The notes below the pieces were generated by a model, which saw nothing but the letters and a program-made list of their open reading frames with translations, was not told the origin of the DNA and ran no database searches. Below are positions 29,017 through 41,662 of a stretch of 64,000 nucleotides of DNA, one piece after another (positions within the stretch are counted from its first letter, which is position 1; each line of letters starts with the position of its first letter). The position numbers were made by a program, and so were the translations under genes. The stretch is from the human T2T-CHM13v2.0 reference genome, Homo sapiens: NCBI RefSeq assembly GCF_009914755.1, contig NC_060926.1. One strand, given 5' to 3'.

Positions 29017-30090
29017 TTAGAGGTGACAACGTGCCAGCAGCCCTCGCTCACTCTCGGCGCCTCCTTGGCCTTGGCATTCGCTCTGGCCACGCCTGAGGGG
29101 CCCTTCAGCCCGCCGCTGCGCTGTGGGGGCCCCTCTCTGGGGCTGGCCAAGGCCGGAGCCAGCTCCCTCTGCTCACGGGGAGGTGTGGAGGAAAAGGCGC
29201 AGGCGGGAGCCGGGGCTGCACACGGCGCTCGCGGGCCAGCGCGGGTTCCGGGTGGGCACAGACTCGGAGGGCCCCGCACTCTGCAGGGCCGGTGGGTGCC
29301 TGCTGGGCTTGATCAGGGGAGGAACTCCCTCTGGGCTGCTGGAGTGCCTGGGCTAGGTGCTGCAAAGTCCCCCGGCGAGTGCCAGTGAGAGGTGAAGCTG
29401 GCTGGGCTTCTGGGAAGGGTGAGAACTTAGAAAACTTTTCTGTCAAGCCAAAAGTTTGTAAATGCACCAATCAGCACTCTGTGTCTAGCTAAAGGTTTGT
29501 AAATGCACCAATCAGCGCTGTGTGTCTAGCTAATCTAGTGGGGACTTGGAGAACTTTTCTGTTTAGCTAAAGGATTGTAAAAGCACACCAATCAGCACTC
29601 TGTGTCTAGCTAAAGGTTTGTAAATGCACCTATCAGCACCTTGTCAAAACGGACCAATCAGCTCTCTGAAAAATGGACCAATCAGCTCTCTGAAAAATGA
29701 ACCAATCAGCTCTCTGCAAAATGGACCAATCAGCAGGATGTTGGTGGGGTCAGATAAGGGAATAAAAGCAGGCTGCTCCAGCCAGCAGAGGCAACCCGCA
29801 GCGGTACCCTTAGGGGGTGTGGAAGATGTGTTCTTTTGCTGTTTGCACTAAATCTTGCTGCTGGTCACCGTTTGGGTCTGTACCACTTTTATGAGGTGTA
29901 CTGAGCTGTAACACTCACCGCGAAGGTCTGTAGCTTCACTCCTGAAGTCACTGGGAGCACAAACTCACCAGAAGGAACAAATTCTGGACACACGATGTTT
30001 AAGAACTGTAACACTAACTGTGAGGATTCGAGGGTCCGCGGCTTCATTCTTGAAGTCAGGGAGACCAAGAACCCACCAATTCCGGACACA
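29017..30090 (+). mobile_element. LTR12 (LTR12D/E-like) solo LTR of ERV9
   Basis: Starts ttagaggtgacaacgtg, ends gaacccaccaattccggacaca; 4-bp TSD ccat at 29013-29016 and 30091-30094; GC/CpG-rich U3; internal second tgagaggtga at 29386. Confidence 0.95.
29460..29790 (+). promoter_or_regulatory. LTR12 enhancer/promoter: seven CCAAT (NF-Y) boxes, a GATA site and a TATA-like AATAAAA
   Basis: CCAAT at 29467, 29508, 29588, 29654, 29678, 29702 and 29726; AGATAA at 29752; AATAAAA at 29761. Motifs are visible; activity is not shown. Confidence 0.65.
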
Positions 30091-32257
30091 CCATGAACTT
30101 TAATCTGGTTAAGATGATGAGAGAAGACACTGGAGATGGGTAATACCAGTGAAAAGGTGATAGGATCTTAAGAATTGAAAGTCGTAGATAGATAAAAAAA
30201 TGGGAGGGTTTTGGTGTGGCAACATAGGAAGCTAGTGGCCAGAGAGTGGTTGCCTGCAAAAAGCTTGAAAAGATAGGCAGATGGCTGCATGCAATTAATA
30301 CATGATTACATAACCTTTACAACAGCATTGTCAAAATGTATAATCTTTATCATTTTTATCCAAAATATTAGAAAATGCTGCTATTGACAGCCCATGTATC
30401 TTGAACCTAATACAACTCTTAATCTAATTGCAGAAAGCTTTGATATTACGCTTTATATATTTGTAATTGCATTATTTAATGATATATTCAGAATAAAAAC
30501 TAGTTTTGAGTCTCTTAGAACTGGGATTGTCTATAAGGGTGCTGTTTTCACGTTTTTTTATTTTAAAAAGTTTACATTAAGTATAAAATGTGTGTGCATG
30601 TGTGTATGTGTTAACAAGGGTAGAAGAATGTTATAAATGAAATTAATCATTTAATATACACTGTGAAGCTGAAAATAGGAATTTAATTCTAAGAATAGTT
30701 AATATAAATGGAAAACTCATAGTAGGAATCCTTTACTAGGGTATGCCCTAAGTAAAGGGTTAGGTCCACTCTAATACGTAGTTTAGTTATTTTAATGAGT
30801 CCCAACTGTAAGACACTTCAAAGCAACTGCGTCCAAATATTTCATTAGTTTGAATCTATAAAATATGAATTACTTAATCTTAAGAGTTGTGAAAACAAGC
30901 AGCCTATATTCTTGGACGTCTAACACGCTGACTACAAGGTGTGCCGCCTGTTAACTTGTCATACTTCCCCGGGCAATATGTCTGGCTAGGCCTGTATTCT
31001 CCTACACTGTCTCCCTTTCCTGGCCATTTTTATCAAAGGACAAGAATGATGATCTCACCAGATAAAGAATAGTAATTCTTTGTTCAAAGGTACAAAACTC
31101 CATTATAATATAAGTAACACAGAGGCATACAGTGGAAAAGTTAGGTGTTTAAAATTTACTGTGAGTATTACTGTGTAATCTATGTAAAGGTACTAACGAT
31201 AGATGAGAAAGGTTTACTATTTGCTTCTAAAGTAGCACATGTGAATTGATACATCTAAGTTAGAATAAAAATTAAAATCATTTGGTTGTTACTATGTAGT
31301 AATTCAATTTTGCATTTTCTATGAAAATAATGTCAGTTTCCCTTTTAGCATTGGTGGAAGAATTATGAGAAACATAAAATATTTGTACTTTAAAATGTCT
31401 TAGATTTTAAAAGTTACCATTTATAACATGACCAGTCAAGAAAAATGAAGATAAATGTGAAAATTAGACAATTCATCTCAAATAAGTATTTACCTTAAGT
31501 TTAATGATCTAGTTGTTACATATTTAATGAGTTAACTGGTGCATATTAATTAAATCTCCACTGTTTGTTTAAAATCTCTTTTGGAGAATGTCATGCCATC
31601 TGGTTAACTTTACTTTAAATGACAAAAGCAATAAGTATTTAATTGAATTCCTATTAATGCACTGTGGTCTGTAAACATGTGAGGCTTTTAATGAGCATTT
31701 CCCCAGACTTACTGAAGAATATTGTCTAGATAAGAATAAATGTTTTGTTAACTCTTTGTCATTTCTTTGCTGCTAAGAAATAGGTGCAAAATATTGCAAA
31801 AATGTCATTAAGAGTGACTCAAATTGTTATTTGAAAATCATCACTTCTAAAAATGTCTTCCTACAGTATTCCTTTATTTCTGACAGTATATCCACAGATG
31901 TTAGATTTAACTTTCTCTGATATTTATACTCCAGAAAAACGATGCTGTGAACAGAGACATATACAATTATTGAACCTTAGTGTGACACTGAACAGAATTG
32001 TTTAAAGCTCCTGTTTTGAGTTATTCTCCAAGCATGGGTGATGTAAAACTATGAATATGTGCTGGTTAAAAAAATTGACATTTTGAAGAAAGTATAGCTG
32101 TATCATTATTTATGAATGAACTGAGTTCTGCAAGTTGTTTGCAAATTGGTTTTAGAACTTGGAAAACTTCTTTCCTAGATAAATCATGGGAAGATTTGGT
32201 TCCTTAGACAGTCTGAAAATAGACCTAACACATACCATGCCACAACCAGAGTTTAAA

Positions 32258-32515
32258 GTAGCTTTGTTCAGACTGCAGGTCATGACCACACTAACGGGTT
32301 CTGAATAAATGTAATAGGCAATGATAATTGTTTGTCTAAATGAAAATAATAGAAAATATCACAATGCCATAAGAATGCATTTATGAAACCCTTTTTAAGT
32401 ATCCTGTGTGTCTATATTATATATTTGTATATGTGTTTAAAGTTTTGCCTATACTGAGTTGTAAATTCAAATGCGTTCTACTGTGGGTCATTGCCAAAAA
32501 GTTTGAAAATAACTG
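32258..32515 (+). mobile_element. hAT-Charlie MITE (MER103C-like)
   Basis: agactgcaggtcatgacc...; ctactgtgggtcattgccaaaaagtttgaaaataactg terminus. Confidence 0.6.
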
Positions 32516-33028
32516 GTTTAAGCATTCTGTAAAAGCCAATCTCTGTCTAAATTCTGTCCCTGACACAGTTCCAAAAGTTGCTGTCCATCAAAGTATTTTT
32601 AAACATTTGAGCCTATGGTTTTGCTAGATAAGCAACATGGAACTGCATTTAGAATTATGTTCCAATGAAAAATTCAGTGAATTTAATTCTGTATGTATAT
32701 TTCTAAAAGTAGTTGTTATTTTCCTCTGTGGTGAATAAATATCAATGGCAAGTAGTTCAAACAAATGAATACAATGCATTTTTATTAATTTTTCTAAAAA
32801 AAGATACTAAATCATTTCTGAGTTTAGGTAATGTTTAGAGGAATGAAGCTGCTTTGAGGCCACTCTTTAGATCTTGTATCTTTAAGTTGAGGGGCTCATG
32901 TGGGTAAAGAGCCCACTTCAGAAAAAGAAAGAGCTGGGTCACTTAGGGTGTGTATAAGAGAAATTAACATTGATGAACCTCTATTCTTTCTACCAAAGAT
33001 GGAAACATGGATAAAAGGCATAATTTAA

Positions 33029-33261
33029 CCCATTTCCCATTTGCCCCAAGAATACTCTTATCTCTAATTCTAATCATATACATTTCTATTACATTAGGAT
33101 TACAGACAAGTTCTGTTTAGAAATAACTCCAATAACTGTTTATATTTTATTTTCACATTGAAAGTCGGTTAGATTTGCTTCAACCTCAAAGAGTGTGTTT
33201 ATGTAAAATTAAATGAACACCTGCATCGAGCTGCATTTTTTTTTTCTAAATAGGAAATGGG
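33029..33261 (+). mobile_element. MER75B piggyBac-derived MITE
   Basis: TTAA on both sides (33025-33028, 33262-33265); TIRs cccatttccc / taggaaatggg; gttctgtttagaaataactcc. Confidence 0.92.
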
Positions 33262-33599
33262 TTAAGGAAGAAAGAGGCCAACAGAGGCCAGTACAGAGGT
33301 AATGCAGGTTTTTCCCCCTATAGGTTAATAGTAGAAGCATATCTGGGAAATGAAAAGACAAAACAAAAAAAACAAACCTTGAAAGATGTTTGGTAGGAGG
33401 TCTCCTTAAATTTTGTTTTCTTAATATCTATATGGATTACACTTAGAAGATACTAGTCTTGGGGGAATTAGGAGAAAAAATGAAAATGTAAAGTCAGATT
33501 ATGAATAATTATAGGAAAAGACAGAACTAGGTTGGATAATCTGGCTCGAGAGAAACCAGGAGCCACACTGACATTGATTTTGTTCCTGAAACCCATCCA

Positions 33600-34250
33600 A
33601 CCTTTATCATTATGGGTTTTTAATAATAAGCAGTGGAATCTAACTCTTGTTAATTAAACAGAAAATGACTGGCTCACAGATTCTCAGAAAAACTGGAGAA
33701 ATAGGATTGAATCTAAGCCTCGAAAAATAATACTGAAATGTGTGACAGAGAACTGACGTAATGAGAAAATCATAACTGATGTTGCCATTGGCACTGCTGC
33801 CAGGAATTGGACCAAACTCCAGCAGCTATTGAGGCTGTACTAATGCTACTTGTATAGCAGAAACTCCACGTGGCAACTAATGCAGTCCCCCAAGCTGGAC
33901 AATTTAGGCGTAAACCTGGATGAAAAATGATGGTCCCAGGATCAGCGCTATCTTGAGCACTTATTTTTGTAAATTTTATTTTATTTTTAATTGATAAATT
34001 GTAATATATATTAATGGGATACTATGTGGTATTTTGATACATGTATACATTGTGAGCAGTACTGAGCCAAAGTTTCAAGTGCTTTTTGCCTGGGGTTGGT
34101 GAAGCCTTGGCCACCTGCTTGTATCTAGATGTAGAGGAGGCTGAGAATGCCAGTTTTCTAGATTACTTCTTAAGAAGACTGGACTTTCTAGTCAGAAATT
34201 TCCCATCAGTGCAAGTCTTCTAAATATGCTAGAGAATCTAAAAACATTAC
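33600..34250 (-). mobile_element. Very old LTR33/LTR78-like LTR with a short L1MA 3' fragment inserted (about 33960-34053)
   Basis: aatctaactcttgttaattaaacagaaaa...ggctcacagattc...ctggagaaatagg; T-rich L1MA-like tail inside. Confidence 0.4.
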
Positions 34251-34467
34251 TCAATATAAACGGCCTTTGCAAGTGCTGCTACTTGTCGAAAGTCTCTTCC
34301 TGAAGATCATTAGATGGCTGCCTCTGGAAGTCAGGACTGAAGTTCAATATTACCTCTTTGGGAAGGTCTTCAGCCTGCCTAAAGCAGTCTCCCAACACTT
34401 TATGCTCTCTATCAACTGAAGTATCTCATTCATAGTACCTTGCCGGCATCAAAAGTTTAATCTCTTT

Positions 34468-34582
34468 CTCCCTTCCCCTCCCCTCCCCACTCCTTTTCCC
34501 TCCCTCCCTCCCTACCTCCCTCCCTCCCTTCCTTCCTTCCTTTTCTTCCTTCTTTCCTTCCTTCCTTCCTTCCCTCCTCCTT
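34468..34582 (+). repeat. (CCTT/CCCT)n polypyrimidine tract within an L2 3' end (about 34310-34715)
   Basis: About 115 bp almost purely C/T; flanks resemble the L2 3' end. Confidence 0.9.
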
Positions 34583-34815
34583 TAATCGTCTGCATCTCCC
34601 CAGTAGAAGAAAAGGTGCAAGGGTAGAATTCTGTTTTATTCAAAACTCTGTTGTCATCACCAGAGTAGGGCAGGGTGCATGGTAGTGGTGTGGTAGACAC
34701 TAGATTGAATGGTTTTGAAAAGCAAATATAACAGGAAAGTACTGGACATCTAGAGATCCCAGGGAAATATCTATAGATTGCAGGTTCTACTATATATAGT
34801 AGGAATATTAATGGA

Positions 34816-35249
34816 TGTGAGAAACACGCTCACCCATCCAAACCCAAAGAATGGACTTAGAGGCACCAAGAACAGCAAAAGTGAGACTTAATAGTGGTCT
34901 TGCAAGATCGGGTGTCTGGTAGGCAGGCACACCCGGGGCAATCACAGCAGGTAATATACCTCCTAGCATGCAAGTCCCTCCCCTACTTCCTCATTAGTCA
35001 AATACTATGGGGTTACAATCTTCCCAGACGTCACCTAAGTTTACCCCATCCGCTTCCCCCACTTAAGTTTCAATTTCCCAATAGTGAAACTCTCTTTCCT
35101 TTTATGGGCTGACTCCTCCTCTACATTCTGTTCATTTATCGTGACCTTCTAGGAGCACGAGCCGTGCAGTTTGTTACATCTGCAGGCTGGCTGCCAGTGC
35201 TTAGATGTATCATGCCTTGAAAATTGACCATTTAAAAGGTTTTCTCACA
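34816..35249 (-). mobile_element. LTR32-like solo LTR (ERVL)
   Basis: Inverted termini tgtgagaaa / tttctcaca; ccaaacccaaagaatggact; ggtcttgcaagatcgggtgtctgg. Confidence 0.8.
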
Positions 35250-35669
35250 TTGGCTATAAGTGGAAAGAACTACTGGGAAGTGGTTTCTGTGCTCCCCTAT
35301 ACCCTAGTCTCTAGACATACAAGTGTGCAGTTCTCTGAATTGCTGTGAAAAGTTGGTTCTTACAGGGTAAGATTATCATAGTTGGAGATGAGAGAGAAAG
35401 CTGTGACTGCATTCAAAGATACTGTCTCAACATTTATTTTTTCTTTCAGTATGGATTGAACAGATAGTGTTAACTTTGTGGCAGGCACTGTACTTACATG
35501 ATTACATGGGTTTCTTTCTATGCTCTCAATTCTTCAGGTTTTTAAAATTTTTTCCTCTCAAAAGGAAATCAGCCTCCTTGTTGTTAATTTTTTATGTAGT
35601 CATGTTTTCCTTCATTGTGATGCTTACATTGATATTGACTAGGCCTCTAAATGTGGGAGAAAACACAAT

Positions 35670-35892
35670 ATAAGACTAGAGCTCTTGTCCAGACTGCCTG
35701 GGTTCAATTCTCCCATGCATTCTATGTATTAGTTATTTAACTACTCGGCTTCTTCTCTCGGTCATACGACGGAGATTACAATAAGAGCCCTATCACAGGG
35801 TAGTCCTGAGTACATGAATTAATATATGTAAAGCAGTTGGAATGCTGCCTGGCAAGTAATAAGCTATATGGAATCGTTTGCTATTATTATTA
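35670..35892 (+). mobile_element. MIR SINE
   Basis: ccagactgcctgggttcaattc; aatatatgtaaagcagttggaatgctgcctggca; tattattatt tail. Confidence 0.75.
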
Positions 35893-38254
35893 CTTGGAAT
35901 GGGTTTTTGGTAACTTTATAATTTCTCTGTTGCTTGAGCTTTACTTCCTAAACATTTAAATGACCGATGTGCCCTACTTTCTCTCTCCTGGAATCATTTC
36001 TGCTTCCTGCTACTGAAATATTCTCTTGATCCAGTACATTGGCACGAGAAAAGGCCTGGGAAAGATTAGGAGCTTGATCTAGGAACAGATGGAGATGCTC
36101 ACCAAGAACAATCTTCTCGTTCTTCACTGTTGGACCCAGGCCTGGCCTGTTAACGTTTTTCTCTCTTCCAAAAGATAAAATAGAAAGAGTTCAGCAGACA
36201 TCCCTAGCCAGATACATTTGTCATGTATTTTCTTTAAGTAAAAAGAACGTTTGAGGCAGAGATAATGTAGAAAGATTTGAATGGTATTAAGTTGCAACAT
36301 AAAGCTCTCTCTTTATTTAGCAAACACAATAGATTCAGATCATCGAAACTTTACACCTCAGGTCTATAGTCAGCAGCCCCTTAAGTCCTTCCCACTATAT
36401 CTCCTCTTGTGTTGCAGACCCAGATCTATAGTAATACACAAATAAAATTGATTTTATTTAGTTTTTTTAAAGAATGGTGCCTTATGTATGTGTTGGAGAC
36501 TAGATGTGTGTATGTGATGTTTGGTCGTGTGTTTATAAGACTATCTGTACTTACTTTAGAGCATTGCTTCTCATACCGGCAAGTAGTTTAGTAAGAAATA
36601 TGGGCACATACCTAAGCAAAGCCTGCTAATGCTATCTTCTTCCCATGTCTTCAAATGGGGTGGTCCGTTTGAATATATTTAACTACATTTGATTATTCAT
36701 ATTAATTTTGATAAATACTAATACCTTCCATAAGTTTTCAAATCAGCATTTCCTATTTAAAGTTACTTGTAGCTTTACTATTATTTTAAACATTTTACTT
36801 AATATGGCTCAAAATGTTGTTCACTAGATTTTTTTCAACACATTTTATATAGAAAGTGAATGTCTGTGTATTTGGTCCTATTGACCTTCTACTTGAATTG
36901 TAGGTGTGGAATTACAATTACAGATATGTGGAAGGTGCTCATCTTTTATTGCTGCTTGGATATTTACTCCTACTTAGCAGTAACTTACTCCATGAAAGCT
37001 CTAACACTAACATGAATAACAACATCAGAATATAGTCTATTTATTTTCCCATCATCTTTTTCAAGGTAGCCTCCCACAAATTTAGAAAAGTATCTACCTT
37101 GCTTAGTCCAAGTTATTTCAGTTACATGAAGGTATTCTGGCATAGCAATAAAACAACCGGAAAGTCCTTTGAGTGTGTTTGAAGTAGACATTTTTCAATA
37201 CAGTTTCTAATATAAATCTACTGTTTTCTTCTCACGGAGGTGTGAAGGTGTGCAGAGTACCAATAAAGACTTCAGAAACTCGTAAGCACTGTGTGAAGAG
37301 TGTTTTTCCTCTGTTCAAGAACAGAATGTTTCAACCTGACAACAAAGATGAGGGTGTCTGTCAGAGATTCAGTTGATAGCTTAAAAAAATTACTACCTAC
37401 AATTTTTTCTTTGCTGAGTTGAGTTGCAAAACAGTAAGTAGCCACCCTTTGAATGTAAAATGGAAAACAATCATTTTTAAAAATGGCATTGTTTAAAGAC
37501 AACACGAGAAAAAAAGTGGCCAATATTAAACTCATACTTCAGCTCCAGATTTGCTAATATGCACAGTTACATCTTCTTCTAGGGAAATGTGAGTGCTGCT
37601 CACACGATAATTTTAAAATGAATGAACACAGTGAAAGTAGATGAAAATGAGGGTGATAGGGATGCTCAGCTGGAGATCTACCCTCAGGAAGTTGTTTAAA
37701 ATATTGGCTATTTGGTACCATCTGTTGAATTCTGTACACTAAAAACAATGCTACTCAAAACTCAATTTTTGTGAGCCAGGAATGAAGGATGTCTCTTACA
37801 GGGATCATTTAACAGAACTCATTGAACAGGAGGACAACCATCAGAGAGAGAGTAAAATCTCTTCTGACCATTCCACACCACATTAATTTGAAATGGACTG
37901 AGAAAATATAAGCATTCATTCATTCCTGCAAACACATAATCCTCAATTTTACACAGTAAGTAGAAGCATCCATCCTATTGTGTGTATAAGTAGGTAAAAT
38001 AAAAATAGCAATGTGGACAGATGATTTGCTTACTGACTTATGCAGGTCCTTACAGAATTTTGTATAGTATCTCCTCAGTAGTGAGAGGAATTCTATTTTT
38101 CTGTTCTGTATTAAATTAAATTTAGAGATTCTAGATTTGCCATTACAGTAGTCACAGTCACCATTATATAGCCTCTTTTCTTGAACTCATCAAATCTTGT
38201 TAATGCAAATAGCCAATGATAAGAAAGCAAAGACAGCAAACAAAATCTGTATTT

Positions 38255-38695
38255 CTTATATTTTTTCATTTTTTATAATTTCCATAGGTTTTGGGGGAAC
38301 AAGTGGTATTTTGTTAAATGAGGAAGTTCTTTAGTGGTGATTTGCTGCACCCATCACCCAAGCAGTATACACAGAACCCAATTTGTAGTCTTTTGTTCCT
38401 CACCCCTTTCTCATTCTTTCCCCTCCAATTCCCCAAGGTCCATTGTATTATTTTTTACGCCTTTGCATCCTGCATCCTTGTAGTTTAGCTCCCACTTTTG
38501 AATGAGAACATATGTTGTTCGTTTTTTCATTCCTGAGTTATTTCATTTAGATTAATAGTCTCCAAACCCATTCAGGTTGCTGCAAATGCCATTAATTTAT
38601 TCCTTTTTATTGCTGAGTAGTAGTCCATCATATATATACCACAGTTTCTTTATCACATTTTTATTGATGGGCATTTGGGCTGGTTCCACATTTTA
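38255..38695 (-). mobile_element. L1PB1/2-like 3' end, 5'-truncated
   Basis: ccataggttttgggggaacaagtggta; aagttctttagtggtgatttg; TSD agcaaacaaaat at about 38236 and 38696. Confidence 0.88.
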
Positions 38696-41487
38696 AGCAA
38701 ACAAAATATAGAAAGCAAGATTGGTCTTTTATAATTTTGGGATTTTCCAGTTTTTATTGAAGGATTTCACATACTTTTGTTGGTGATGTTGTTTCCTCTG
38801 CTTTTTTTTCCCATAGGAAATTATGTGTATGAAATTGATAATTAAGTACACATATTAAGTTCAGTGCTTAGCACAGTGTGTGGCACATAGTAATTATATA
38901 TGATATATAATATTTGGTGACCAAAATAAGTGAAGGTCAAAAACCCAAGCATTTTCTTGATATGAGAATTTAGAGAATTATAAAATAAAATTAATATTCT
39001 TGTTTTGAATAAAATAATGGGAGTATGATGGTTTGTCTACATATATTTGACTGAAGTAGAAAAAAGGATGAAAATTATTTTCATACTATTTTTAATTTTT
39101 TAAAGAAACCACTAACTTAAAGTTAACTTATTTTTTCTGAGAAATCTATTTCTAAGTACAATGCATGATTTTATTTACAATCAAGAGCAACAAATATTAT
39201 ATGCACCGTTTGTAAAACATTAGCCATTGTTGATCAGCTGATGATTGTCCTTTTTTTAAATCTATTACTGAGTAATAGATGAAACTCTGAATACATGAAA
39301 TTGCTAAATGAGTGTCACAATGTTGAGATTAGGGCTACTGACCAGATACTTTTCTACCTAGATAATGCATCTATATGACCTATACACATAGAGCATTATT
39401 TCTGATGCCAACACTGATTATACAACCAACAGAAAATTCTCTGTCACTATTGAAGGAGAAAAGTACTTATCATGAAAAGAGTTGCTTTTTGCCTTTCTTT
39501 GAAACGCCTGCTTAAACTTTTGATCAACTCAAATGATTTTCAAGGAACACTGAAAAACTTTCTAGAACATTGGTGATAGCATTAAGCATATAAATAAACA
39601 TGTGTGCATGTATGTAAACATGTAACCATGACTTGCTTAGTCAATGCTTTTCCTCATAAACTTTCTAAGGATTTAGCACAACCAAAAATATAGCTTAATT
39701 TAGCTCAGACATGAAGAGTTTTGCTAAAATCATATGTTTATATATGATGCAGAAATGAAATATAAAATGTCTTTCCCAAAGAGAAGCAAAAATGAGCAAA
39801 AGATTATGTTCTTATCTCTGAAAAATATTCACTGTAAAGTGAGGTAAGATCAATACTTGAGCTGCTGGGCTGAACTGAAGTAAAAGTAGTGATTGTTTCT
39901 TCATGGAAGAAAACAACCATGTATTAAATTTGCATTAACTAAATATTATTATACAGAAGTAACCAAATGAAATGATTTATTAATGTTAACTAGTTATCAG
40001 ATAGCCAGTTGAATATTGATAGAGTTATAAATTCTGAGTAAATTTCAAAAGAGTTCATGAAGGTTAAATACCCATGATTAAAGTAAAGTTTCAGGATATA
40101 CATTAATGCACAAACATAAATAGCTCAAAAGAGGTCAGCTGGAAATAACAAGGTAAAGGTGAAATAAGTAAAGTGTTATCGCTAGGGATTTTTATGAGTT
40201 AAAAATTATAAAAGTAACCTTTCTCTTTAACAGATGGACTTATCTCTCAAGGCAAAGAATAAAGAAAAACTACTTGGTAAAGTTATTTCTTGAACATTAA
40301 CAAATGTCTGTCTTTTCTCCTTTTCAATTTCACAATTTCAAATGCAGTATTTTAGTTTGCTATAAAAAATAATGTCTAACAGTACAAATAACCAATTATT
40401 AATGGATGAATTATTTTGAAAATTTACACTGCATTTGATAATGGACATTTATTTCCTGTCTTTCCTTCTAGTTTCTAAAACCGATTGTTGAGTGTGTTAT
40501 TTCTACTTCCTCTTATAAAACAGATTAACGTTCCCATTTAATATTCTAGAAGTTTTGAAAGGTAAGAAACTTGCTCAATGTCCCATAATATTAAGTGTTG
40601 AAATTTTCTTATAACTCATCTATGATTATGGTTGGCCATGTTCCCCTCACTAGGTTGACTTCCTACACTTCCTATTGTCTTTGAGAAGCCGTAAGTGTTC
40701 TTTCAAAATTGACAAAGGTCATAGAAAAGAAACATGAGAAAATAAAGAGGAAAAAATTGCAACACAGGAAAAAAAATACCAATGGCTTATTATCTGCTCT
40801 CCAGATTCAGTACAAGCATGGTGAAGCAAGAATTTGGGGAATTTATTGTTTAATTTAAATTCTTAGCTAATCATTGATTGTTAATCAATAATAGAGGCCA
40901 ACCAATGGAAGTCAAAGCATAAAATGATCCTAATCATACAATCAAAAAAACAAAGACAGTTTTGAATAAAAGACAACAATAACAAAAACGTCTTGATCCT
41001 GCCCTTATGAGGCTTTCAGTTTGGTGGGAAAACAAAACTTGAAATAATTGCAAGAGTGAAGATAGTTACATATAATATGGGAGCTAACCAGTCCAAACAG
41101 CCAGCTTGAGAAATTCCTAGTGTAAATGATGTTAGAGAGCTCAATGATCAATGTGACTGAGCTTATTGAAGAAGGTAGGCATGTGTTTCAGGAAGAAATA
41201 AAACAGGGATTTGAAACAACATAGTGTTTCAAAATTTAAGAAACTCAACCTGGAGCCGAGAGCATGAGAAAAAATAACTCATATAACAAAATAGTATTTA
41301 TGTTTTTAAAGGGGAAAAATTGTTGCTATTCAATTTAGTAAATAAACATGTTTAAGAATTTGCTAGTTTAATATGCCAAAATATGTTTACAGATGAGTGC
41401 AATTAAGAGAAAATTTCAGAATAATTTATCTTTCAGCAAGAATATGAGTAAGTGGTTATTTAAACTAAATCTCCTTTCTCATTATTT

Positions 41488-41662
41488 CTCCCCTTTCAAG
41501 ATACCCCACCTTTTGGGGCGAAACCAGTGTGTTTACCCATAACTCTTGCCTTCCTAAAATATATGAAACCAAACTATACTCTGACTGCCATGCATGCACT
41601 TTCTCAGGAACCTCTTGACACTGTGTTACCTGGGCCATGGTTGCTCCTATTGGCTCTGAATA
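41488..41662 (+). mobile_element. MER4-group (MER4D/E-like) LTR fragment
   Basis: cctaaaatatatgaaaccaaact; ttctcaggaacctcttgacactgtg; gggccatggttgctcctattggctctgaataa. Confidence 0.7.

Noticed and set aside
28923-29470. GC-rich overlapping ORFs of 118-130 aa that look like a CpG-island first exon
   Set aside because: They lie almost entirely within LTR12 U3; open frames reflect high GC content
29460-29740. Regularly spaced repeats resembling a CRISPR array
   Set aside because: Tandem LTR12 CCAAT units without unique spacers, in eukaryotic DNA
30730-30760. Small hairpin cctttactaggg...ccctaagtaaagg (and tttgaaaca...tgtttcaaa near 41210)
   Set aside because: Stems of 8-12 bp are expected by chance in 64 kb of AT-rich DNA
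36985-37748. Minus-strand ORFs of 64-87 aa in unique sequence
   Set aside because: No recognisable homology or consistent splice structure; lengths expected by chance
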